From: Perkinsela sp. CCAP 1560/9
Taxonomy: Eukaryota; Protista; Euglenozoa: Kinetoplastea
Direction of reading: 5' to 3'
NCBI GenBank assembly: GCA_965644495.1
Contig: CBFFSA010000006.1
Span: 853,724 to 917,723, forward strand
DNA length: 64,000 nt
Shown: one piece after another, positions 9,635 to 19,413 of the stretch
How positions within the stretch are numbered: the stretch's first letter is position 1
Layout: each line of letters starts with the position of its first letter
Notes under the pieces: model-generated
Database searches by the model: none
Told to the model about the DNA's origin: nothing
What the model saw: only the letters and a program-made list of their open reading frames with translations
Program-made: the position numbers and the translations under genes

Positions 9635-11158
9635 GGGGGGGCGGATATAGTATATATCGTATATACATTTATTGTATGTACATTATTGTATATTATATCG
9701 TATATACATTATTGTATGTATTTTCTTTTTTAGGCTCTTCGTTAAACGCGGTGGTTGCTTTCAACTTAGAAGTCACTCATGCTGCGCGCTTCGCGTTGAA
9801 AACTCCCGCCGCGTTTAACGAAGAGCCTAAAAAAGAAAATTTAGCCTGGAAAACGGAAAGATTATAACCAAAAATAGCCGAATTTCGGGTACAAATGGGG
9901 TCATTTTCGCATATTTTTGCTCTCAGAGCACTAAATCCGACATTTGCGCGTGGGAAATCACTCGCAGGCATGAATGAAAGCCTACCGAACGTATTGGGTA
10001 GAGAATGCGACTCCAACCATACCATTCTTTCGACAAAAATGCCCCTTTAGGTCCGAAAAATACTTTTTCACCTTTTTTAGTCAAAAATGGGTCATTTTGG
10101 GGGGCGCACCACAGTTCGAAGAAGTGATACCTTGCGAAAACAACTGCGTAGAAAGCTAGTGTAGGTCCCAAACTATCAAAATACAATAGGGGAAACGATT
10201 TTGGAAAAATATTTTTTTTGTCATTTTTTTCGCCAAGTTGAAATTTTTTTCAAATTTTTTTTTCCGAAAAAATCCGAACTTGGCGGACCCGTCCTGCGGA
10301 TACGCGGTGGGGTCACCCCCGGGTAGGGGGGTGGAAAATGCGCGCCAAGACCCCGGCTACCCTTTCTGCGGTTTTTTTTCGAAAACTAATTTTTTCGAAA
10401 AAATTTGCTCGACCATGCCCCCCCCCTGGACCCCCCCCATGGACCCCCCATTTTTTTCAATTTTTTTTTTCAGTTTTGGACCACCGGAGCCCCCTTTTAT
10501 ATTTTTTTCTTCTATTATATTACTGTGTTCCCCTTTATATTTTCACTGTTTTTGTTCACTTTTTTTTCAATAATCGAGTGTAGAGCGGTAGTTTTACAAC
10601 CACCGCAATATGTATAGTATATATGTATATGTACATATGGGCGGATATGTATATTACGCTTGCAGATATATATTACCATTCTAGTTTTCTAAAGTTTCAT
10701 AGCACAACTGAAGTGAAAATGTATCGCATATCCCTCTAAGATTGCAAGAAACGCGTGAAGCAAGGGATGGCAAAGGAGGTGAAGAGTAGGAATGCCCCTC
10801 GAATGATAAAGACAACTGCGGTTTCTGCGATTTGGATAGAAACCTGAACTGGGACGACAAGGTCGAAGCCTCCTTGTCATCCTCCCTAGCATTTGTGTGG
10901 GTGAAAGTATACTTTTGAAGGCAACGGGCCCCTAGGCGTCTTCCCCAGCAGTACCATTTTAGTGTTCGTACAAGCGCCTACCCCCCAAATTGCCTTAAAT
11001 GTTATATTTTTGAATTTGAATGTCGTTCCCCCACTTGAATATACAATGTGCGTGCAGCATTTTTCGCAATATAAATACTCTTGCAGATTTATATTACCAT
11101 TCTACCTAAACCAGATCTATACTACCAAAAAAAAGCGTAATATATATCCGCACCCCCC
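9635..11158. mobile_element. Non-autonomous TIR element (GGGGGG.GCGGATATA termini) hosting palindrome-element copy A1
   Basis: gggggggcggatata at ~9635 is inverted to tatatccgcaccccc at ~11142-11158; internal direct repeat cttgcagat.tatattaccattcta at ~10660 and ~11080. Confidence 0.55.
9721..10608 (+). mobile_element. Palindrome/hairpin element family, subfamily A, copy A1 (888 bp)
   Basis: 119-bp palindrome at 9721-9839 and terminal hairpin gcggtagttttacaaccaccgc-aa; near-identical copies at 43918-44817, 48685-49573 and 60588-61525. Confidence 0.9.
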
Positions 11159-11257
11159 TTTATCTTGTACAACTTTTCAGTTGGTCTATTTCAAAAGTAT
11201 TGTTCAATAAGATATTTTCTTAAAAGGTTCTTTTGACATCTTTTTCTTTCCCTTACT

Positions 11258-11992
11258 ATGCCACCCCGTGGCAGGCCTACCTCATCATCCTTCCGCACTT
11301 CCTACGAGCTCTCTCAGTTGCCTCCTGCCGAGATTCTCTCTCCAGACTCCTTTCTGTTTCCTCCCCGACCCATCCCAAGACCCCAACCTAAAACCGCTAC
11401 ACAGCAACTTCTTGCAGAATCCTTTTTGCAGCTTGAGCGTCGGTACGCGACCTCTACATGGAGAAAACTCTCTCATGCCACAGGACTTGATGCCTCTACC
11501 CTATCCGATCGAGCTTGTCCTCAGGACACAGTACGGGCAGGAAAGATTCAACCATCCACTATGGAGATTTCTCCCTTTCTGCCCACTTTTATGGCTATGG
11601 AAGAGACCTGCACGGTGATGTGCTCTTCCCCTAAGTTATCACAACTTCACGCTGCCAACTGTTCTGTTAATTCTCACAATGTTTCCTTTTTGTTATCTCT
11701 CTCCACACAATCTCTTTTTCAACTTTTGTCTCGACATTCGAGACGTAATGATGCGTCGTCGAAGTCCAGTCACTGGCGAATTATGTCCCAGGCGGCACGA
11801 CAGGAGGAACGCTGCCTGGAACGAATTCCAATCCCTCGTAGAGGGGTTGGAAATGAAGAGGCCTTTTTGGGCAAAGACGGCGAGAACGTATTCGACACAC
11901 TGAGGGAAAATATTGTCTGGGATTCCTTTTTGGGCGATGAAGATGATGGGGATCTGGAATCTGACGTGCAATATGAAGATTACTTTCCTTGA
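11258..11992 (+). CDS. Possible RNA polymerase III subunit Rpc31/RPC7-like protein
   Basis: N-terminal RGR, FLFPPRPIP motif followed by a helix, acidic C-terminal tail ending in YEDYF. Confidence 0.45.
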   Translation: MPPRGRPTSSSFRTSYELSQLPPAEILSPDSFLFPPRPIPRPQPKTATQQLLAESFLQLERRYATSTWRKLSHATGLDASTLSDRACPQDTVRAGKIQPSTMEISPFLPTFMAMEETCTVMCSSPKLSQLHAANCSVNSHNVSFLLSLSTQSLFQLLSRHSRRNDASSKSSHWRIMSQAARQEERCLERIPIPRRGVGNEEAFLGKDGENVFDTLRENIVWDSFLGDEDDGDLESDVQYEDYFP

Positions 11993-12148
11993 AGTGAATT
12001 GGGCTTGCATGGTTGGGTTGTACAATGTGTGGAGTTACAAGGAACACGTACGATACATAATTTTTTTGTCGTTTTATGTGCTCCTTATTTTGACTAGACG
12101 TTATTTTAAAGTACTGAAACACACCTCTATCCCACTTTGTGGACTAAA

Positions 12149-13228
12149 ATGCTTTCTCCTTTGGAGATACTGATAGCCTCCGTTAGGGATGATATACTCG
12201 ACATAAGTCTTGAAAGGAACTCCCGTACATTATCTTCTGAGACATCCGTTAAACGTAGTAGTATGCACCGGCCTTTTAATAATATTATTGACAGACTTCG
12301 TAAGATTAATTCGTGCGCCAAGCGTACATGGAGCATTTACGCATCCGAGCTTCATTTTCCTGAATCATTACAGCTCATAGACTTTGAACCGAAGCATAAG
12401 AAGGTATGTGCTAACAAGCAACCATCAACTGCTGCAGTAAATGATGTCTCCCTTCCATCGAATTTTCTACCGCAATCAAACAATATCGCTGGGTCTTCTC
12501 CTCTAGAAGTAACATTCATAAAACACGCCTTGGGTAGACTTTGTATAAGCGTTCTACTAAATGGTCTTCCTTTAGAAGACCTGATTACTGCTAGCTATCG
12601 CTGCGACATACGTCTTGACAAGCTACCTTCACGTACCCAAGTAGATCAGAATATCTTACATGCTCATTTGTCTCGAGTCCTTGGGGTTGTTTTTTATAGC
12701 AATGGGGTCAGAGAGTGCTGTGACGAGCAGCAAGCAGCAAGAATACTACGTCCATATCAATCGGTTTCTCCTCCGTACTTTACTGCCGATGAATCGTTTT
12801 CTCGGCCTTCTGGATATCAATTTCGATATATGGTTCCTGGTGAATTCTGTGTCAAACATGGATCTCCCATTTCGAATTCAGAACGTGAACTGGGGAATGT
12901 GCCAAATTCTCGTCATTTTTTACTAGACGAGTCGACAACTCCTAACATTAGGTTGCACAGTGATCCTTTTGAGACAAGTGGTCAAAAAATATACTGTCGG
13001 TGTGGTCTGAAATACTCTAGTTGTTACGGTCCAACCTGGATATGGTGCTGGGGCTGCCGTAAATGGTCACACTGGAAATGTGTTCGACCATCTAGAGAAA
13101 AGAACAAAAAACAAGACGAAACGATATTAGTCTTAAAAAATCAAAATCATTCGGAATTTGGTCGCGCCCCGCATGATTTTAATTGTTTGGATGGCAAATG
13201 TCTAATTGCAATGTCTAGTACTTTGTGA
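12149..13228 (+). CDS. PHD-finger protein
   Basis: C-terminal YCRC...WIWCWGCRKWSHWKCV...FNCxxxxC (C4HC3-like). Confidence 0.7.
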   Translation: MLSPLEILIASVRDDILDISLERNSRTLSSETSVKRSSMHRPFNNIIDRLRKINSCAKRTWSIYASELHFPESLQLIDFEPKHKKVCANKQPSTAAVNDVSLPSNFLPQSNNIAGSSPLEVTFIKHALGRLCISVLLNGLPLEDLITASYRCDIRLDKLPSRTQVDQNILHAHLSRVLGVVFYSNGVRECCDEQQAARILRPYQSVSPPYFTADESFSRPSGYQFRYMVPGEFCVKHGSPISNSERELGNVPNSRHFLLDESTTPNIRLHSDPFETSGQKIYCRCGLKYSSCYGPTWIWCWGCRKWSHWKCVRPSREKNKKQDETILVLKNQNHSEFGRAPHDFNCLDGKCLIAMSSTL

Positions 13229-13384
13229 TCTTTAAAATAGAATGAGTGGTTAAGAAACTTGCATTAATATCACAAATACAGGTATAAAGTTAATACAAGC
13301 GTATTGCTTTTTCGGAGTATTACAACTCAGAAGATCAGATATTCCATTAAACACATTTCTTATTTACGTACGTACTGTATTTTA

Positions 13385-15724
13385 ATGTCTGAAAAGATCT
13401 CTTCTACTGACGTGGAGAAATGTCTGAGTCACAGTGCGCAAAGTGCTCTACGGATTGTGCTAAAATGCCCAACGCAACGCGCGTACTGGAAAAAAGTGCT
13501 CAAAGAATTAAAAACTTTACCCATAGAAATTACACGAGAATATTGGATCACATATTTTAAAACCTTTCCCACGGACTCCACATGCTTGTGTGAATACTTG
13601 ACTGAAGAGCTTAAAGCTCAACAATACGAACATGTTTTCCTTTTTTTCGATAAGTCAAATAGAGGCCTTGCACTACAATGTCCACACATGAAGGTGTGGC
13701 AAATTTTCTTAGATGCGGTAGATGAGTCATCTTTAAAATCTTCCCAAGAAATGCACGAGGCGTATATCTTGGCTAAAAATATCATTGGTCAGCAGAACGA
13801 TTCCGAAATATTTTGGGATCGGTATCTATTATTTCTACAGAACAAAGTTCACCCAAGGCATCAAATAGGTGTTCTACGCAATGCATACCACGAGGCTTTG
13901 TTAACTCCATACAGTGGTGTAGAATTCCTAATGGAAAAATACGAGGCATTTGAACGAGCGCATAATTCTAGAGCTGTCGTTGCGAACGACTTAAAACAAG
14001 CTCACAAACGGTCAGTATTTGTGTCTAAGGAACTCATTCAACGAATTTATTATGGCGTAGACCGCTCACATATCGCCCTCCCTCTTGGAGAAGCAAGTTC
14101 TACGGAAGATACTTCCCAATATCTGTTTTGGCGCAGAGTGATCGCTTATGAACTAACCAATCCTCTATCATTTAAAGAGCATGATGCAAATTTAGTGCGT
14201 CGCATAGAAAACGCTTATCGTTCTGCTTTAATGCATTGTAGGTGTCACGCCGAGCTATGGGTAGAACTTGCAAATTTCTTAATTATTAATGAACTCAAAG
14301 ATGAAGCAAAGAGTATTTTTGAAGAAGCAATTGAATCCATGCCACAGAGCATTATTGTATGCTGCTCCTTTGCAGATTCACTTTGCTCCAATCTTAAACT
14401 GGTTGATAACAGTATCGAAAAGGGTCACAAAGTTTTCCAGAATTTAATTTCACAAACACTAGCGTCGCCGGTTTTCGATGTTTTAGACAATGTGGCCCAA
14501 GCATACTCATGCTACATGAGGTGGGCAAGGTTTGCTCATCCTTTTAGCGGCATTGAAAAAGCAAGACATATATTTAGAGAGGCAATTCGAGAAGAACCCC
14601 GCCTACGTAGATTTTTGGTTCCATTTGCAGCCGAAATAGAACTGTCCTCTGGCAATCCCAAAGAAAAACTTCCGCTGGCTTTAGAATACTACAACGCTGT
14701 CAGCTTCGAAGATCAAAAGTCGTTGGGGCTTCTGGAATCTCTCAGTGCTTTGCACGCACGTGCCGGATCATATACGGAAGCAATATCTTTGCTGCGACAA
14801 GCTCCGGGTACGGAAGTCAATAAGAAAAGAATTGCACTACTGGAACAGGAAAACACATTCAAATATTATCCTGTTCATAATACTCTGCGTGAATATGAAT
14901 TTTTTCTTTCCGAAGAGGGTCTTTCCGCTATATCTGAGCAACCCCCGGTTACGTATCCATTGTTTTCTAGTCTAATGACCACTTCCCATACCACCGAAAA
15001 CTTATTGGAAAAGGCACTTGTCCCACACACTCATCAGAGAATGGTTGAATCTGATGTATTCGACAAAAATCTCAACTGCACTTTTCAACTTGGTCAAGAA
15101 TCCTTTCAGGAGAATGGAAGCACAGACATTGGTTCGGCCACTGAATGGCCAGTGACATCTGACACAATCTCTCTAACAACTAGAAAACCGATGTCATCTC
15201 ATACACATGATGAAACGAATGTAGATAGTTTTTCACAAGATTCACTGCAGGTGGGTAGGAAACGGTTCTCTCGAAAGGAACCACTTAACCCAGCATCTTC
15301 GGGGAATTTTCTTATTACGTCACTTCGGAGGCACTTGCTTGTCTCTTATACTCCTATCCTACAGGAGGAGTATCGCATGCCTCCAATTAATCGGGCATTC
15401 ATAATTCGAAAGACGGACACTTCTCCGTACAAATCATCATTCCCCAAACTTCCTTGCGTATATCAATATTTTGTACCTCTGAAACCTCGGAAGTCTGTGT
15501 TAAAGGAAACCGATTTGCATGTCAAAGAACTTCCCCAAGCTATTCTTTCTCTTATGAAAGCGTTACCATCTCCTGTTGGCTGTGTAGGCGTTATTCCTTC
15601 TATGAAAGATCGCATCCCATCGGCAGAATATTTGACTGATGCATTGAGTAGCATTCCTGCTGAAAATCTATCTCTTTTACCCACAACCGTAAACAATGAA
15701 CGCAATGACGACGACAATGGTTAA
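13385..15724 (+). CDS. HAT-repeat protein, CstF-77/Rna14-like
   Basis: Suf/HAT signatures LRNAYHEALLTP...YEAFE, WRRVIAYELTNPL, HAELWVELA, GIEKARHIFREA. Confidence 0.75.
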   Translation: MSEKISSTDVEKCLSHSAQSALRIVLKCPTQRAYWKKVLKELKTLPIEITREYWITYFKTFPTDSTCLCEYLTEELKAQQYEHVFLFFDKSNRGLALQCPHMKVWQIFLDAVDESSLKSSQEMHEAYILAKNIIGQQNDSEIFWDRYLLFLQNKVHPRHQIGVLRNAYHEALLTPYSGVEFLMEKYEAFERAHNSRAVVANDLKQAHKRSVFVSKELIQRIYYGVDRSHIALPLGEASSTEDTSQYLFWRRVIAYELTNPLSFKEHDANLVRRIENAYRSALMHCRCHAELWVELANFLIINELKDEAKSIFEEAIESMPQSIIVCCSFADSLCSNLKLVDNSIEKGHKVFQNLISQTLASPVFDVLDNVAQAYSCYMRWARFAHPFSGIEKARHIFREAIREEPRLRRFLVPFAAEIELSSGNPKEKLPLALEYYNAVSFEDQKSLGLLESLSALHARAGSYTEAISLLRQAPGTEVNKKRIALLEQENTFKYYPVHNTLREYEFFLSEEGLSAISEQPPVTYPLFSSLMTTSHTTENLLEKALVPHTHQRMVESDVFDKNLNCTFQLGQESFQENGSTDIGSATEWPVTSDTISLTTRKPMSSHTHDETNVDSFSQDSLQVGRKRFSRKEPLNPASSGNFLITSLRRHLLVSYTPILQEEYRMPPINRAFIIRKTDTSPYKSSFPKLPCVYQYFVPLKPRKSVLKETDLHVKELPQAILSLMKALPSPVGCVGVIPSMKDRIPSAEYLTDALSSIPAENLSLLPTTVNNERNDDDNG

Positions 15725-15749
15725 TCCTCTTAACGCAAAACTTGTGCAG

Positions 15750-15825
15750 TCCCCCTCTCATTATTTTCAATAAATGACTCCTGACATTTTCTTTCAAAAA
15801 TTTATAACTACTTTTGCAAAAGTTA
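15750..15825 (+). mobile_element. Decayed left end of the CTCCCCC-TIR family
   Basis: tccccctctcatta.ttt...taaatgac resembles 43115 and 62329. Confidence 0.4.
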
Positions 15826-15978
15826 ATCCTTTCGTTCTGATTCACGCTCTTTTTATATCTTTTTTATCACCCTATTTTAAACCCAACCCTAACACTCTTT
15901 CCCTAACTCTCTCTTTCTCTTTTCCTCTCTCTCTCTTTCTCTTTTCCCCTCTCTCTCTCTCTCTCCTTTCCTCCCTCC

Positions 15979-17175
15979 ATGTCCCACCGCAAATTCGAGC
16001 ACCCCCGGCACGGCCACCTCGGCTTCCTCCCTAAGAAGCGCTGCCGCCACATCCGCGGCCGCATCCGCTCCTTCCCGCGGGACAACGCGGCGGCGGCCCC
16101 CCACCTCACCGCGTTCATGGGGTTCAAGGCGGGCATGACGCACATCGTGCGTGACATGGACCGCCCCGGGAGTAAGATGAACAAGAAGGAGGTGGTCGAG
16201 GCGGTGACCATTGTGGAGACCCCCCCGATGATGGTGGTGGGGTTCGTGGGGTACCGCGAGACGCCGAACGGGCTGCGCTGTGTCGGGTCGATCTGGGCCC
16301 AGCACCTCAGTGATGAGTGCCGCCGGCGGTTCTACCGCAACTGGCGCAGCAGCAAGAAGCGGGCGTTCAGTAAGTACAGTTTGAAACTGGCGACGCAGGA
16401 GGGGAAAGGCGCGGCGGAGAAGAAGGAGGGGAAGATTTTGGAAAGTGCCACGGTGCTTCGGGTGATTGCGCATACGCAGATGCGGAAGCTCGGGAACCCG
16501 CATGTGGGACAGCGTAAGGCGTTTATTACGGAGATCCAGGTCAATGGGGGTGAGATTGCGGACAAGGTGGCCTACGCTAAGGGGTTGTTGGAGCGAGAGG
16601 TCCATGTAGGGTCTGTGTTTCAGCAATCCGAGTGTACGGATATCTGCAGTGTGACGCGTGGGCACGGGTTTGAGGGTGTGATCCAACGATGGGGAGTGAC
16701 CCGTCTTCCGCGCAAAACCCACCGTGGTCTTCGTAAAGTTGCGTGTATCGGAAGTTGGCATCCCGAGCGCGTGTCGTTTACCGTCGCGCGAGCCGGACAG
16801 CATGGTTTCCACCATCGTACGGAGCTCAACAAGAAGATTTATCTCATGGGCCAATCTCTCGCGGAAAATCCTCACACTGCGAAAACCGAGTACGACATCA
16901 CGGAGAAGTCCATCACTCCGATGGGAGGGTTTCCGAAGTACGGCACCGTGCGAAATGAGTTTCTGATGCTAAAGGGTTCTATTGCGGGTCCTGTGCGACG
17001 TTCGGTTACGTTGCGTCGTCCGATTGCGCCACAGACCTCTCGTGCGTTACAAGAGAAGGTGACCATGAAGTTTATTGACACGTCCTCGAAGCGAGGTCAT
17101 GGACGCTTCCAGACGATTAAGGAGAAGAACCAGTTTGTGGGTACGCTGAAGAAGCACGGTCTACGCCAAAAGTAA
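15979..17175 (+). CDS. RPL3: 60S ribosomal protein L3
   Basis: MSHRKFEHPRHGHLGFLPKKR ... KFIDTSSK.GHGRFQT; preceded by a long polypyrimidine tract at 15890-15978. Confidence 0.99.
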   Translation: MSHRKFEHPRHGHLGFLPKKRCRHIRGRIRSFPRDNAAAAPHLTAFMGFKAGMTHIVRDMDRPGSKMNKKEVVEAVTIVETPPMMVVGFVGYRETPNGLRCVGSIWAQHLSDECRRRFYRNWRSSKKRAFSKYSLKLATQEGKGAAEKKEGKILESATVLRVIAHTQMRKLGNPHVGQRKAFITEIQVNGGEIADKVAYAKGLLEREVHVGSVFQQSECTDICSVTRGHGFEGVIQRWGVTRLPRKTHRGLRKVACIGSWHPERVSFTVARAGQHGFHHRTELNKKIYLMGQSLAENPHTAKTEYDITEKSITPMGGFPKYGTVRNEFLMLKGSIAGPVRRSVTLRRPIAPQTSRALQEKVTMKFIDTSSKRGHGRFQTIKEKNQFVGTLKKHGLRQK

Positions 17176-17577
17176 GCGAGAAGTAAATCTTGGCGAAGCT
17201 AGAAGTTGAAAGTTAGAAGACAGAGCACCGGAGATGGATTTTTTTATTGAGGTGAATTCATATTTTGGTCTTGAATAATAAAGTATTCCAAGTGATTTTT
17301 ATGACTCAATTTAGTCTTAGTCACATTCCTTTTAGCCCTATTATTGTTTTAGTATTTTCCATCTGAAAGTTACTCAGACCTTTGTGCGGATTCTAATACG
17401 CGAACAATCTGTGCTGATTCCAATATATTTTTTGATACTCAACACTGCGACACACTGATACACTCTGCCGTCACCGTAGGAATTTTTGTTTCGTTTATAC
17501 ATGTAAATAATTTTCATCTCTGTTCTTGTACTCACGTTAATACACATCTCGACTTTTTTTCTGTACAATTTGTTTCA

Positions 17578-19137
17578 ATGCGCACGGCATCCCTTAAATG
17601 CACTATTTCGCGTGAGGACCAACGGGTTCTGGATTTACTTCTCGACGTGGTCCACTCTTGGCGTCTCCCTGTCACATTACGCATAGCTGGGGGTTGGGTA
17701 CGAAATATGCTACTGAACTTACCTGGACAAGACATTGACATCGCTCTTGACGGCACAGATCCGGAGCATCCCAGCAAGCCGATGACTGGTCATGCATTTG
17801 CGACCTACATTCAACGTTATCAAAGTGAGCACGATATGGAAACTCACACAATCGGAGTCATTCACGCGAATCCCACACAGTCGAAACATCTAGAAACCGC
17901 GACAACTCATATTTTCGGCCAGCCTATTGATTTGCTGCATCTTCGAAACGAGTCGTATGGAAATGGCAGTCGAATTCCCTCTATTCAACGAGGCAGTATA
18001 GTACAAGATGCGGAAAGGAGAGATTTTACTGTAAACGCTTTGTATTATAATCTTCACACAAAGCAGGTGGAAGATTATGTAGGGGGTCTTTTAGATTTGG
18101 AAAAGCGAAAGTTACGGTGTCCTCTTTCCCCGCGTCACACATTTCACGACGACCCACTACGACTTCTCCGTGCAATCCGCTTTGCTCGTCAATTTGATCT
18201 CGAGATTGATAATTCAGTTATGGAAGCCGCAAGCCTTCCAGAAGTACATCAAGCGCTGCGCGAAAAGGTGAGCCGCGAGCGTATTGGCATTGAGATGAAG
18301 AAATCACTTGGTGGTCCCGATCCTCCTCAAGTCCTCAGTTTTCTTTTTCGTACACAAACTCTGGGAAGTGTTTTCATGCACTGTGCGTTAAACCCTTCTT
18401 ATTCAAAGCCTTGCTCGTCGTATGAGTCGATAATTTGGAAACCCACTCAATGGCATTGGTCTCTCCACGCCTGCGAATTGCTTAAATGTCTAACATCTGC
18501 TGGAGAAAATCGCTTCTGTGCTGTGCTTCTTGCCCTTTTTGCTCCTCTAACTGAAAATACGAAAAACAACAAGATGATGCTTCCCTCTTGTATTCTTCAT
18601 GCATTAAAACAACCTCGTCGCATATTACAACAAGTCGACGCATTTCTTGCCGCTTCTTCTAGTCTTACTGACTTGCTGAATCCTCTATGCACAAAATATT
18701 CCGGTAATTTTACTAAAGCCTGCATTGAATCCTATTTCCAGCCTCAAAATTTACTTTGCAAGGAGTCTAAATCTCCTCGTGTTACTTTATATGAACTTTT
18801 CAGTAGTTTAAAAAGCTTAAATTTTGCCCCTCCTTTGTGCATTGCACTATTGCAGTTGATTCCTTCACCCCTTGATCAAGCGTCAAAAGCACCAATACTT
18901 CAATTGCATGAAATATTTTCTTCTGTGTGGCAAAACGATCCACACAAAATTACGCAGTCTTCTCAGTGGAAACCTTTACTTCGAGGCGATGAGCTATCAA
19001 AGGCTTTATCTCTTCCTGCAAAGCAGATCGGTGAAACCTTACAACAACAAATGCGTCTTCAGGCTGAATTTCCAGATTTGCATCCTCACCAAGCTCTCGA
19101 TATGCTACGAGTTCTTCGAGAAAGTAACTCTAAATGA
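17578..19137 (+). CDS. tRNA nucleotidyltransferase (class II CCA-adding enzyme)
   Basis: LRIAGGWVR, DIDIA, SKHLETA, RRDFTVNAL, DDPLRLLRAIRFA, KVSRERIGIE. Confidence 0.93.
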   Translation: MRTASLKCTISREDQRVLDLLLDVVHSWRLPVTLRIAGGWVRNMLLNLPGQDIDIALDGTDPEHPSKPMTGHAFATYIQRYQSEHDMETHTIGVIHANPTQSKHLETATTHIFGQPIDLLHLRNESYGNGSRIPSIQRGSIVQDAERRDFTVNALYYNLHTKQVEDYVGGLLDLEKRKLRCPLSPRHTFHDDPLRLLRAIRFARQFDLEIDNSVMEAASLPEVHQALREKVSRERIGIEMKKSLGGPDPPQVLSFLFRTQTLGSVFMHCALNPSYSKPCSSYESIIWKPTQWHWSLHACELLKCLTSAGENRFCAVLLALFAPLTENTKNNKMMLPSCILHALKQPRRILQQVDAFLAASSSLTDLLNPLCTKYSGNFTKACIESYFQPQNLLCKESKSPRVTLYELFSSLKSLNFAPPLCIALLQLIPSPLDQASKAPILQLHEIFSSVWQNDPHKITQSSQWKPLLRGDELSKALSLPAKQIGETLQQQMRLQAEFPDLHPHQALDMLRVLRESNSK

Positions 19138-19413
19138 CAGTAGTATAAGTTAGGCAAGTTTAAATATTGACTTCAGTACTTTTCAAACGGCATGACATTG
19201 TTGCGCATTCTTTCGCAAAATATTTTCGCGATATTATTAGAAGACGCATCACGAATACTTTCCTATTATTTTCCGAGAAAACCGTTTGATTTCACTTCCC
19301 GTTTATGATGGATTTCAAAAGGCGCATTCATAATTGTCAGTCCGTGTTTAATTAGTTTATTTCTAAGCTTACACGCATTGTGAATTTCGATAGCCTTTTG
19401 ATACATCTTTTTT

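Noticed and set aside
9721-9839. Parvovirus-like flip/flop of the palindrome, or an integron attC site
   Set aside because: The loop orientation relative to the body is the same in all copies; there is no integrase or cassette ORF organisation
9715-10614. Apparent 6-bp TSD (tatgta; ttataa/ttatca at A3) suggesting a LINE-mobilised SINE
   Set aside because: Both sites lie in pre-existing short tandem repeats and copy A2 shows no such duplication; not fully excluded
9777-10617. Recurring small ORFs in element copies (MVWLESH..., MRAKTPA..., MLDHAPP...)
   Set aside because: They recur only because the DNA is repeated; homopolymer indels shift frames between copies
15889-16875. 328-aa antisense ORF over RPL3 and overlapping ORFs over RAE1
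   Set aside because: Shadow ORFs caused by locally high GC content
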